NCBI GenBank assembly: GCA_010405405.1
Contig: MU004235.1
Location: 1,130,538-1,194,537 of the forward strand
Length of the DNA stretch: 64,000 nucleotides
Source: Microthyrium microscopicum
Lineage: Eukaryota
Direction of reading: 5' to 3'
Shown: in pieces, positions 25,214 through 37,095 of the stretch
Layout of the letters: every line of letters starts with the position of its first letter
How positions within the stretch are numbered: the stretch's first letter is position 1
Notes under the pieces: model-generated
Seen by the model: the letters and a program-made list of their open reading frames with translations, nothing else
Database searches by the model: none
What the model was told of the DNA's origin: nothing
Translations under genes and position numbers: made by a program

Positions 25214-25929
25214 CTATTCAACTTCGGCAGACTTGCTCTCAAAGGTTTCGTTGTCCACCAATTCGGGGATATCATCATCGTCATCACCATCCTTGCCTTC
25301 ACCGGCCTTTTGCATGCTCTGGTAGCTTTCAGCAAGCTTGCGTAGCGATGCAAGTGAGTCTGGGCCGAGTTGGTTGAGGATACCGGGAACGAGTTCGGTC
25401 AGCTCCTTCTCTTCAGCGTTTCCGTAAATGGCGAACAGGTTGCTTGAGATTGCGGAGTGGACTTTGAACAGTTAGCAACGAGAGGTTCGGTTTCCAATGA
25501 GACGGCAAGACAAACCCTTGGGAGCTGAGAAGTGGATCACGTTGCCGTCGGACTTGAACATGTTGACTTCCTCAATGGCCTGGATAGGTTGAACATTGAG
25601 CTTCTTCAAGGATTGTTGCAGCTTCTTCTCATCCGTGCCACTGCTCTTGTGAACCTTCTTGATCTTTCTTCGCACAGTTCCCTTGCCGCTGTTCAGATAT
25701 GTAATTAGTCACTATTCCTTGATGGGACATTTTTGATATGTGGTCGTTTTGGTAGAATGAGGAAACAGGGTGAGGAGAATCTAGCAAAAGAGCTTGCTGA
25801 TCGATGAAAGTATAAACGTACCCTGATAATAAGTCAGCAATAGATCAAGTTGAATGTCTAGTACAGCTTTGAGAGAAACTTACCAATGCGAACCTGCGCT
25901 TGCATGCGCGCCAACTTTTCTGTATCCAT
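25214..25929 (-). CDS. EGD1: Nascent polypeptide-associated complex subunit beta (BTF3)
   Basis: [30 protein letters not shown]...[29 protein letters not shown]...DDIPELV. Requires a 1-nt exon at 25822. Confidence 0.96.
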
Positions 25930-26339
25930 GTTTGCAGCGAGGAGTTGACGGGGGAATTGGGATGACAAGGAAGGCTGAGCAGTGCCAACAATTACAGTCG
26001 GCTCTGATAGAGATGATTGGAGGATGAAGGAGGGGAGGAGAGGTTGAGTGTGGTGTGACAGGCTCCGGCAGTCTTGAAGTTGAAGCAAAAGCTGTGAGAA
26101 ACTCTTGGTGGAGAGGTTCCTGACCGCCCGCCAGCCCACAGTGGCTCTTTCCTCATCCTCAGCAGTCGTTCCGCCTACCAATCAGCGCAATCCATCCGGA
26201 GAATTTGTTTTTCCGCTCCACGATTCTTTACCCCTGCATGGCCCAAGCTCCATTTTTTATATCGTCAAATCATCAGTTGTTCAAGAGCCTCAATGGATAT
26301 TTGTAGAATTACTAAGTTTCCTACTATCATAAATCAATC

Positions 26340-27210
26340 ATGCCACTCGACACTTCCTCCTATTCTCTCGCCCTCTTACGCCTCGACGGCCGCCGTTGGA
26401 ACGAATTGCGCCGCATCCATGCCGTCATATCTTCTCAACCCGCCGCCGATGGCTCCAGCTATCTCGAAATGGGCAACACCAAAGTAATCTGCACCGTAAC
26501 CGGCCCCTCAGAGCAAAAGCGCACCGGCCCACAACAGCCCACCGGGCCCACTGCGTCTGCGCGCATCGACGTAGAAGTTAGTGTCGCCGGCTTCAGCAGC
26601 GTAGACCGCAAAAAGCGCTCGCGAACCGACAAGTAATACAGCCGCCATCCCAAGCAAGGACTACGAAAGTAGCTAACATTATAACAGACGCACCGCCGAA
26701 ATGCAACACATCCTCGTATCCGCCCTTAGCGACATAGTCCACACCCATCTCTACCCACACTCCACCATCCTTATCTCCCTCCACGTCCTCTCTCTCGACG
26801 GCGGTCTGCTCGCCGCACTCATCAACGCATCCACACTCGCGCTTGTCGACGCCGGTATCCCCATGTCCGATTACCTAGTCGCTTGTACGACAGGCAGCAC
26901 CGTAAACAACGCCTCTTCACGCGCTGTGCCTGCGCGCCAAACGATACCAGGCATCCGCAGTATGGCCAACGAGGTGGACGATCCACTGTTAGATCTGAAC
27001 GGGCTGGAGGAGCAAGATTTGCCGTTTGTGACGGTGGCGACGGTAGGGAGCGAGAAGGGTAGGGTGGCGGTGTGTTTTAGTGAGACGAGGATGATGGCGG
27101 AAAGATTGGAGGAGATGTTGGCGGTGGGGGTTGATGGGTGTCAGATGATTCGGAAGGTGTTGGATGCAAGTGTGAAGGCGCATGGACGCAGGATGTTGGA
27201 TGATACTTGA
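26340..27210 (+). CDS. RRP41: Exosome core subunit Rrp41/Ski6 (RNase PH family)
   Basis: LRLDGRRWNELRR, ADGSSYLEMGNTKVICTVTGP, LYPHSTILISLHVLSLDGGLLAALINASTLALVDAGIPM. One intron. Confidence 0.93.
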
Positions 27211-27601
27211 AGCGGTTTGGAGAACAAGAGAACAAGCGAAACAACATCGCTGAAGATTTTCACCCAGCAGTGTGGAAAGACGCAGCGTGTTGGGACAAGA
27301 GATCCAGATCATCACATGCATAGCTCAACGGGACACAAGTCTTGCGGAGACTGTCACGCTTGAAAGCCAAGATAAACCAAGAGAAGTACGCAAAGCGTCC
27401 ACCAAGAGAAAGACTCATGACACAGATGAGAGGATGCAAACAGCCGTCCATATGATGAATAAGCGGAGCAGAGTCGTAAGGCGCCAACATGGCCCTGTGG
27501 TATCAAACAAACCCAACATCAAGAACACCCTCCTGTATACCGGAAGGGAAACCGTTCGACTCCAATATACCTATAAACAACTCCTTATTGAGAATCCTCA
27601 T

Positions 27602-29449
27602 TCAGTCATGCAATTGATGTGTTGGACACGTGCCCTGTCCTTTCGTCTCCCACCAATCCTTGATGCATTTCTCAAACCAGGTTAGTCCATGAATTTCGAA
27701 CTCATGCACAGAGATAACTTACGCGATGAAATTTGCATAAACAAGCCAGCCGCCCCATCTCATCGCCATCCTCAAACTCTTCCAGACAAATCACACATTC
27801 CTGTGGCAGTCCGTCTTCGCCCATACAGTCCTTCTCTGTAGCAGTATACACAAGCATGCGCCCACTAGTCATGCGTCGCGGTCTCGAGCCCGAAGCTTGC
27901 GTAGGTATCGAGGGTGTCGAACTCTGCGGGGCCATCACGCCAGCGAGCGTAGGCCGCGGTTGTGGTGCCGACGAGCTATATAAGTGCGACTTGATACACT
28001 CTTCAACATGGCCCTCTCGGGCAGCCAAGTCTCCGTCTGCACCTTTTGGTGGGAGTTCTTCGCCACACACTGGACATTCATCTTCTTCTGCAATTTGAGG
28101 TCGTGGAGGGGGGCCAGAAGCTGAGATAGGAGGCATGCCTAGCGGCCGGGGCCGATTCGAGTTGAAGAAGGAGTTTAGGTCTTGTGGAGTAGATGGACTA
28201 CCTGCGTTGGGTGGTTGACCATAGGGCCCATAGTTTGGCCCCATGCTGTGTGAAGTAGGGACGCTACCAGATGGTTGATAACTGGCGCCTTGGTATGGTG
28301 GCCGCATGCCACCTTGAGCTTGTGGACCTGGCAGGTTTGAGCCGCTAACAGTGTTTCTGTGTCCAGGAGATTGAAAGCTGTAGGTTCGCCCAGACGGGCC
28401 CATCCACACCCCTGAACCATTTTGAGCTGGTGGAGGGTTGCCTCCGTAATATGATGCTTGAGCCGGGGACCAAGGAAGATGGTGGACAGGCGATTGCTGT
28501 GGGTGTGGTCGTTGCGGCGATATGGCGGAGTATGCGGGTGGACTGAGATTCGGGTCGGGAACGCATGGATTGCACACTCTGACTTCTTCTCCTCCCCATG
28601 TTGTTTCGTGAACTCGAGGAATTTCTTCGCCATTTAGGTCTGTTACTGGTGGGGGTTGAACGATATACTGTCGTGGCATCGTGATGCGATGAGGAGTGCA
28701 GTTAGCACATACTACTCTACCACATCTCCTGTTATGCATATTAGTTTATATTCTCCACAACATAGACTGATAAGGTTGCAAGTAAGAGAGTTGAGGTATA
28801 GAACATACCGGCAGTGATGTTTCCGGAACCAGAATGTAAATTGCATCTGACACACAGGACAACGCGTTGCCTCTGAATCCGGTTGCCATCTTGGAAGTGT
28901 AATACGTTGTGTCAAATGCTCCTGAAGCTGAGGTGTTGAAGGGACGCTTGGAGACTGCATCGCAGGGCGAACTGTAGGCTGAGAAGGTTGAGCAGCGTTA
29001 TGGTCGCCGGTCAGATCGATAGCCAGCTCTCTCGAGCTTCCCTGCTGGGATTCTGTGGGTGTAGATACTGGACTGCTCTGCATTGAAGGAGCAGTAACAT
29101 GTCTAGTGTAAGGGTAATAGGAGTGTCCTGAGGCTCTTGCGTATAGGGCTGGGTTGGAGTAGAAGGCAGGACCACTGGGACGGCGATGATCCTCAGAATC
29201 GGACGAGGTCAGACGACGCTTGCGCTCGCTGATGTAACGATCACGACTTAGCGGTGGTTGTTGGAGTTGGGGCGGGAGAGTGTTCTGGAAGAGTGATGGA
29301 TGTGGCGGAGGTACGGCAGGTAGGTAGCTGGACGCAGATGACTGGTTGGGATGAGCAGTGGACTGGGATGCGTAAGGAGGATGTGTTGTAGCTGCTGGCT
29401 GGGTATAGGAGCCAAACTGATGAGGCAGATGAGGAGGCTGTTGATCCAT
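27602..29449 (-). CDS. PIB1: FYVE and RING-H2 domain protein (Pib1-like E3 ligase)
   Basis: WQPDSEATRCPVC...RKHHCRRCGRVVCANC FYVE finger; ECVICLEEF...LACLCKFHR|KCIKDWW...CPTH RING. Confidence 0.87.
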
Positions 29450-30399
29450 CAAGGTATATACAAGATGAAAAATGCCAGTATTCGGCGTTGCAGCAGGTCG
29501 AATGGAAGTGGGGAAAATAGGTCCCAATGGTGCTGGAAAGGGCGAGCTATGGACGATGGATGGTAGTGGTCATAGTGAAAGTGTGAAGCAATGGATGACA
29601 AAGACTGCAATGTAATAGATAGCACGGTGCAGAGCGGGTGGTGCAATGGGTATATTCAATGAAGAGTAGAGCAATAAATAAAACAGGACGATAGAGAAGA
29701 GAGAGATTGGAGGCGAGGTTCTGATAATGAGGAGCCAAAGAAAGGAAACGCCCCTTGAGCGACGGCGCTGCAGACTCAGTAGGAAGCTGCCATCTGATAT
29801 CAAGATCTCACGACCCTATCGTTGTAAAGTACGATAGCTCATATGTCTTATGTCTCTTCCTCTCTTCCATTCTAAGCCTAGCAGAATTTGCTGCTGGTAT
29901 GACATTTGAACTGGTTGCTAGCTTGCAATGTATCCAACGACTCTCGATGCCACGATACATTAAATCAGACAGTACGGGCTGGCATTTTTCTGTAGACCGA
30001 ACCGGGTAAAAAGCCACATTTCTCTCCTCTATTCATCCGCTTAATGATACTTGATATCAGCACTCGGAACGAGCTGAATAATAGCTGCCATCTTCCTTTT
30101 AGTAGAGTGAAATAATACAAAAATAGATACAGCATTTTATTGATTATTGTGCTTACCAAGACGTAGGTCACATGATATGGTGGATCTTTCGTGTCAACCT
30201 CTCCGCGTCTAATGTCGCGTTCGCCCACCTCAGCCTTGCCTGCTAGTACTCTACACCTCAAATAATGAGTTGGTCACTACCTACAGGTCAAGTAAATGAT
30301 GGGAAAGGCTTATCCTAGAACATCGCTCCCTTCTTCAATATCTTCACACCACCATTCCTTCCTTCAGTTCCAGGCAACAGGAATCCGACTGTTTCCAAC

Positions 30400-33300
30400 A
30401 TGTCTCTCCGTCGACGAGTCAACGGCGTCGACGAGCCTGATAGCTCTGACTTCTTCATCTCTCCTGTCGCTAAACGCAAAACAATGGATCTAGGTTCTTA
30501 CTTTGATGACGCTGCCCAGGATGAAGATGCTGGCTCTACCACTGAAGATGAACAAGCCTCAGACATTGCTTCGTCACCTTCACTGGCCGCTGGCATCAAG
30601 GAACTATGGGATTCTGACGATAACGTGGATATGCAGCCTCCTAAAAAGAAGCCCAAACGTTCAAAAACTACAAACAAGAAACGGACCAAGAAGCCCACCT
30701 CTAAATTCAAGAAGCGGGCCTCGAAAGGGAAAGTGATGCGCGGAGACAGCGACGACGAGCTCACTCTGACCGAGGACGAGCAGTCTGAAGATGACATTGA
30801 ATTGCCGGATTTTGTTCGAGACCGACGAACTGCATTCGAAACCACCGTTGATCGGTTTGACGAAGCAGGCCTTCGAATGCCTCCAGACTACTCTGGCCTG
30901 AGTTTGGGTGCTAAAGGCGTAGGCTGTAAGCCTAAATTTGACAACATCCAGCCAGGCTTCGCATTTGAAGACCTTGAGCTGTATTCACGAGGCCCCAATC
31001 CCAAGAAGTCCCACAAATATCTCGAACCCTTGAAGATCGGAATAATACCCGCCGCCATAGCCCAATGGCTCAAGCCATATCAAATCGATGGTGTGCTATT
31101 TCTGCTTGAGCGTTTTGCCTGGCAAGAAGGTGGCATACTAGGCGATGATATGGGTCTCGGCAAAACCATACAAATCATCGCCTTTTTGACTGCAGCTTTT
31201 GGCAAAACTGCAGATTCTCGAGATAAGAAGCGTCGACGGGTAACGCGAGCGATGAAACCAGACGCTTGGTACCCAAAAGTGCTCATCATATGTCCTACTA
31301 CTTTGGTGGACAACTGGAAGTCTGAACTCGAGACTTGGGGATATTGGCAAGTAGACGAATATGCTGGTTCTGCAAAAGAGGATGTCTTGTCAGCGGCGAA
31401 GAGTGGCAGTGTTGAGATTGTCATTACGTCTTATGATCTTTATCGACGCAATCACGACGCAATTAATTTCATTGATTGGGACTGTGTCGTTGCAGACGAG
31501 TGTCACAAAATCAAGGAACCCAAGGCTCAAATCACCAAAGCCATGAACGAGATCAATGCGCTCGCCCGATTTGGCCTCACCGGCACAGCAGTACAGAACA
31601 ACTACGAAGAACTCTGGACTCTGCTCAATTGGGCGAACCCCGGTGCTGTGAGCACTTTGTCCAGGTGGAAACTGTGTCTCAGTAATCCACTTCGCGCTGG
31701 TCAAGCTCATAACGCGACAGTTGAACAGCTAGGAGCACATCGTAACAAGTCTGAAGCACTAACAAAGGACCTTCTTCCTAGGTTTTTCATACGACGAACC
31801 AAGGCTTTGATTGCTGATCAGCTACCTAAAAAAACCGACCGCGTGGTCTTCTGTCCACTGACTCCGCTACAAGAGCAAGCTTACACAAACTTTCTCAACA
31901 GCGATAGGGTGCAGCTTATCGTTCGCTCTACAGAGATCTGTAACTGTTCAGCTGGAAGCAGAGACAAAAGAAAGCGAGGCTGGTGCTGCGATACGCATGA
32001 TGAGAATGGTGTACCATGGCAAAACCATATGTTTCCGGCACTCCTCACGTTGAAGTATATCTCTACCCATCTCGCTCTTCTCATTCCATCAATGGCAGAC
32101 CCAAAGGCTTATGAAAATGCCATGATGCACTTCAAATGCGCTCTACCAGATGATTGGGCAGAAATGAGACGAGCTGGGAAGGACAGTCTTCAGAATCAAG
32201 TCAACGTGGATTTCTGTGGCAAATTTCGAGTGCTTCTCAAGTTACTGGAAATCTGGCAGGCAAGTGGAGACAAAGTTCTCATTTTCAGTCACAGCGTTCA
32301 GTTGTTAAGAGGACTCACAACACTTTGTGGGTCGACGGGTTACAGCCACTCATATTTGGACGGTTCCATGAAGCCTGAAGAGAGAACTCAGCAGGTCAAC
32401 AGATTCAACACTGATGACAGCCAGTTCATCTTCCTCATTAGCATCCGAGCTGGAGGAATCGGACTGAACATCACGTCTGCAAATAAAGTGGTAATCTTCG
32501 ACCCCAACTGGAATCCATCTCATGATCTTCAAGCTCAAGATCGAGCCTATCGCCTTGGTCAACAACGGGATGTAGAGGTTATACGCATGATATCGGCGGG
32601 CACAATCGAAGAAGTAGTATACGCAAGACAAATCTATAAGCAGCAACAAGCGAACATTGCTTACACCGCTAGTTTGGAGCGCCGTTATTTCAGCGGCATT
32701 CAAAAAGATCCTACTCAGAAAGGAGAGCTATTTGGGCTCCAGAACATCTTCTCTTATACCGCAGATCAGGTCGTCTTGAAGGAGATTATGAACAAGACAA
32801 ACATTGCGGAAAGTAAAGCAGGTCTAGCCATCATGGACGTCGAGTTGGATGGCGAGGACGAACTGTTGAGATTACCTACGGGACCCAAATCGAGCAAGAT
32901 AAAAGCAGAAGAAGATGATTACGTCGATCCTGTAATGAAAATTCTCGCAGATTGTCTGGTCTCTCAGGCAGCGGAAAAAGCTGGTGACAAGAAAGCGCTG
33001 GCCAGAAAGCAGACAAGTCAAGCAAGAGAGGCCAGAAAGCAGGCAAGTCAAGCAAGAGATCCAAGTTATATGGAGCATGTTCTTGCTCAAGCTGGCGTAC
33101 AATACTTCCACAACAACGCTGAAGTTCTCGGAACCAGTAAAATAGAATCCAAGCTGTCTCGACGTGCTATGGAACGCACGACAGATGCTGAAGCGTACGA
33201 AGAGCTTGCCTTTGCATCGGACAATACTGTGCACGAAGACGATGAGATGGACCTTGATCGACCAAGAAGATATCCAATCAAATTTCGACCCACCGAGGAT

Positions 33301-33462
33301 ATACGCATTCGGCAGTTCTACTCCATGGCTCAAGCAGAGGATATGAGCATTGAGGATTTTGCGATCATGGTGGAAGGTTGGACGCAGGCTCAGAGACGCG
33401 ACTTTCTGGACAAATTCTATCGACAGCGACGTGAGGAGCTTCGGGACTTGAATGATATCTAG
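30400..33462 (+). CDS. SNF2-family DNA repair helicase, ERCC6L2/Rad26-like
   Basis: GGILGDDMGLGKT, DECH, LTGTAVQN, QAQDRAYRLGQ, plus C-terminal NAEVLGTSKIE resembling the VIGSSK domain. Intronless 1020 aa. Confidence 0.92.
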   Translation: MSLRRRVNGVDEPDSSDFFISPVAKRKTMDLGSYFDDAAQDEDAGSTTEDEQASDIASSPSLAAGIKELWDSDDNVDMQPPKKKPKRSKTTNKKRTKKPTSKFKKRASKGKVMRGDSDDELTLTEDEQSEDDIELPDFVRDRRTAFETTVDRFDEAGLRMPPDYSGLSLGAKGVGCKPKFDNIQPGFAFEDLELYSRGPNPKKSHKYLEPLKIGIIPAAIAQWLKPYQIDGVLFLLERFAWQEGGILGDDMGLGKTIQIIAFLTAAFGKTADSRDKKRRRVTRAMKPDAWYPKVLIICPTTLVDNWKSELETWGYWQVDEYAGSAKEDVLSAAKSGSVEIVITSYDLYRRNHDAINFIDWDCVVADECHKIKEPKAQITKAMNEINALARFGLTGTAVQNNYEELWTLLNWANPGAVSTLSRWKLCLSNPLRAGQAHNATVEQLGAHRNKSEALTKDLLPRFFIRRTKALIADQLPKKTDRVVFCPLTPLQEQAYTNFLNSDRVQLIVRSTEICNCSAGSRDKRKRGWCCDTHDENGVPWQNHMFPALLTLKYISTHLALLIPSMADPKAYENAMMHFKCALPDDWAEMRRAGKDSLQNQVNVDFCGKFRVLLKLLEIWQASGDKVLIFSHSVQLLRGLTTLCGSTGYSHSYLDGSMKPEERTQQVNRFNTDDSQFIFLISIRAGGIGLNITSANKVVIFDPNWNPSHDLQAQDRAYRLGQQRDVEVIRMISAGTIEEVVYARQIYKQQQANIAYTASLERRYFSGIQKDPTQKGELFGLQNIFSYTADQVVLKEIMNKTNIAESKAGLAIMDVELDGEDELLRLPTGPKSSKIKAEEDDYVDPVMKILADCLVSQAAEKAGDKKALARKQTSQAREARKQASQARDPSYMEHVLAQAGVQYFHNNAEVLGTSKIESKLSRRAMERTTDAEAYEELAFASDNTVHEDDEMDLDRPRRYPIKFRPTEDIRIRQFYSMAQAEDMSIEDFAIMVEGWTQAQRRDFLDKFYRQRREELRDLNDI
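33001..33059 (+). repeat. 30-bp in-frame tandem duplication (ARKQTSQARE / ARKQASQARD)
   Basis: gccagaaagcagacaagtcaagcaagagag followed by gccagaaagcaggcaagtcaagcaagaga. Confidence 0.9.
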
Positions 33463-34691
33463 TCAGCTTTCGTGACTTTATGACACGAATTAATAAGAAC
33501 ACGTCCAAAAGCTACACAGGTAATGTCATCAATGCTCTAGTTGTTCGACCTCGCCTTATTGGTCCCCACATTCAATGATCTGTTGAACGCATTAACCTGG
33601 GGCTACCGCGATCTAGTGTCGTCTGGCCGCGTCTCTACAGCGCCAATCCATGTGGGATTCATCTGCATGATTCAAACTGGCTCCAAACCAAGCTTTGCAT
33701 TACTCTATTTTCTGAGCGCTTTTACTTCATTCGACCAACCCAGACCACGTCTGGTGAAGGATGTTGTGGCAACATCAAGTATTGCTGCCCGGAATCCGAT
33801 TTCCGACTGCTGCTTCGGGCCGCCCCACACTGTTAAATGTCTATCGGTCTTGTAATTAATGGATGCACGGCTAGCCACACAACAGCTCTGAATCTGTGGG
33901 CTATTTCCCCATGAAAATGTCTAGCGGTTGCTGCAATATGCTTCGCAAGATCCGGGGCAAGTTATGCGGAGACTTGCCGCTCTGAAGCTTTTGCTCAATG
34001 CAATTCAGGTCAATGTTGCAGCGTGGTATTGGACAACATTGAGGAACCTGATGCATTGGCTGCTATGTTGTATCATGATTCATCACTGGAATAATGGTGT
34101 ACGGTCACCGTAAATATCAAAAGTTTTAGACTATGGTACTAAGTATCTATCCGATGAGCTTGTGGGCTAGTTGCCTTTGAATCCTTCCCCAGCCTCGCCA
34201 CCATCAAGTGACTGCTTGCCAGGACAGGAATTACAGTCTGGAATCTTGAACTTCTAGGGAAGCTAATTGTGTAGCTGCGGCCGGATTCCGTTACCGTTGT
34301 TTCTGGATCTACATTTATGGACTACACAATGGAGGAACTATATATCCCCCTAGACTCTCTAACTTGGCTTCCTGTAGCAACAGAGTCCGCCTTTAAGACG
34401 ACAATTCCCCAGCGAGTAACAATTAGTTCTTCATATTTACATATACTCCAAGCCTACCTATACCTCACCTCGATTAGCACGTTCTGCTTCATTGTCCAGA
34501 GCGCTTGCATCTTGTTCATCTCTCTTGTCGTATATCCACGCCGTGTGTTTAATTGAGATTCTGTGCAACATCATCTGCCTACAATTTATACAGTTAGCTC
34601 AAATTCTCTTTTGAGGCAAAGACGCAACATTCGCCTTCACGACACTATCTAAGCACCAATTCTGGACCTGAAGCCTTGAATATCATACGCA

Positions 34692-36624
34692 ATGGCAGAC
34701 TTTCCTGTTCCAGGCTTAACGCACGATTCGCGCAAGCGTATCATGAATCCCATTCACATGGAACGACATGTCAAGATTATTTGCATTGGAGCTGGCGCTT
34801 CAGGATTGTTAATGGCATACAAGCTTCAAAAACATTTCCAAAATTTTACCCTAACCATCTACGAGAAGAACGAGGCGGTCTCCGGTACCTGGTTTGAAAA
34901 CCGTTACCCCGGGTATGTATATATGTTGATTTTAGATTTGCAACCTTGTTGACTGAGCTGTAGATGCGCCTGCGACGTTCCATCACACAACTATACATGG
35001 TCTTTTGAGCCAAATCTAGATTGGTCTGCGGTTTACTCAAGCAGCAAAGAAATTTTTGCTTACTTCGATGGGTTTGCCAAGAAGTACCAGCTTCACGACT
35101 ATATTAAGACGAAGCATCAAGTGGTTGGAGCCAACTGGATCGAGGAGACTGGTGGTTATGAAGTCAAGATTGAGAACCTTCAAGCGGGAACAGTTATCGA
35201 CGATAAATGTGACATCCTCATCAATGCCGGTGGCATTCTCAACAACTGGCGCTGGCCAGCAATTCCAGGGTTGGACAACTACAAGGGCAAACTCCTTCAC
35301 ACTGCCAACTGGGACGATAGCGTCGATCTCGCTGGAAAGCACGTTGGTCTCATCGGCAACGGGTAAGACATGTCGACTCCTGCAAGGCATTGGATTAAGC
35401 TAACTTTTACAGTTCGTCTGGTATCCAAGTACTTCCAACAATCCAACCCACAGTTGGAAAATGCACCACATTCATCCGTGAACCAACATGGGTATCTCCC
35501 GTCCAAGGTCTAGAGCAGCATGTTTTCAGCGAAGAAGAGAAGAGAGACTTTGCAAACCACCCCAAGAAGTTACTCGAATACCGTAAAAACGTCGAGCGCG
35601 GCCTCAACGGCCAATTCGGCATCTTCCTCAAGGATAGCAAAATCAACACCGAAACCCACGCCTACATGCAATCACAAATGAAAGAAAAACTAGGAGATGC
35701 TTATCTCGAAGAGAAGCTCATTCCCAACTGGTCCGTCGGCTGCCGTCGTCTGACCCCTGGCGTAAACTACCTCGAGTCACTCCGCAAGCCCAATGTCGAA
35801 GTCGTCTATGGCGAGATCACTGGCGTCTCTGAAAAGGGTCCAGTCTGTGACAACGGCAACGAGTATCCCGTCGACGTTCTCATCTGTGCTACCGGCTTTG
35901 ACACTGGTTTCAAGCCTCGCTTCCCACTTATCAATGGTGCAGGCACTAACCTGCAAGACCAATGGGGCAAAGTCGCCGAATCATACTTTGGTATTGCCGC
36001 CGCTGGTTTCCCCAATTACATGATGTTCCTCGGCCCCAACTGCCCCATCGGCAATGGCCCCGTCCTCTGCGCAATTGGTAAGTTCCCTATCTCGTTACTC
36101 TTATACAAATACTAACGGTTACCCCAGAATGCCAGGCCGACTACTTCTGCAAGCTCATCGACCGCTATCAAACCCACAATATCAAATCATTCGCCCCCCG
36201 CGCTGACGCCATCGCCGACTTCATCGCCCACAAGGATTTCTTTATGAAAGACACCGTTTGGAAAGAGCCATGCCGCTCATGGTACAAGGCCGCAGGTGAC
36301 GAGACCGTCACAGCTCTATGGCCAGGCAGCACAGTGCACTACATGGAGGCCATGCAGGAACTGCGACTTGAGGACTGGGACATCAAGTACGATGGCAACA
36401 GGTACACGTGGATGGGTAATGGATATTCTCAGTGCGAGATTGATCCTACGGCAGATTGGGCGTATTATATCCGGAATCGTGATGATGATGCGCCACTGAG
36501 CCTAGGAGCGAGACGGAGAATATTGACAAAGAGCGGGACGGTGAAGCAACAGGGAGGTGTTAGCTTTACGGGAGCGAGTACAGGACACAATGTGAAGGTG
36601 GAAAAGGATGCGGCACGGTTGTAG
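34692..36624 (+). CDS. Baeyer-Villiger/flavin-containing monooxygenase with C-terminal PTS1-like ARL
   Basis: IGAGASG, GTWFENRYPGCACD, YKGKLLHTANWD fingerprint, IGNGSSG, GCRRLTPG, ATGFD, LWPGS. Three introns. Confidence 0.93.
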
Positions 36625-37095
36625 ATGGTGGTTCGTGAGATGGCGGTGTTGTTGAAAGGTGTTGATTAGCTGGCTCTTTGTTTGTACATAAGATCAGATT
36701 ACAATGTATGGATAGTTCGCGTCCTTCGAATGTCAGCATTTTCTATGATCATATCATTAATATGATGGGAATCAGTCAATTATCCAGTTACCACTGACCA
36801 GCTTTTGCAACCACTATCCATACATGATGCTGCTCGAACTTGTTCGCGTCTTTCTTCAAGCTCCAGATAACAGGCATGTGGATAATATTTTAAGCTTCGA
36901 GGGACCGAAAAGCTCCTGGATTCTCGGATATCACTGGAAATACTCGGCTCTCTATATCCTCCATGTCAAACAATATAAACTTGATAAAGTCGCGAAGCAA
37001 ACGCCAACTGCAAGCAAGCTATATCAAAACTTACCCCTATTCCTACCATAACATCACCCGCTGCCTCGTCAACCGTCCCTATCCAAGAACATAAT

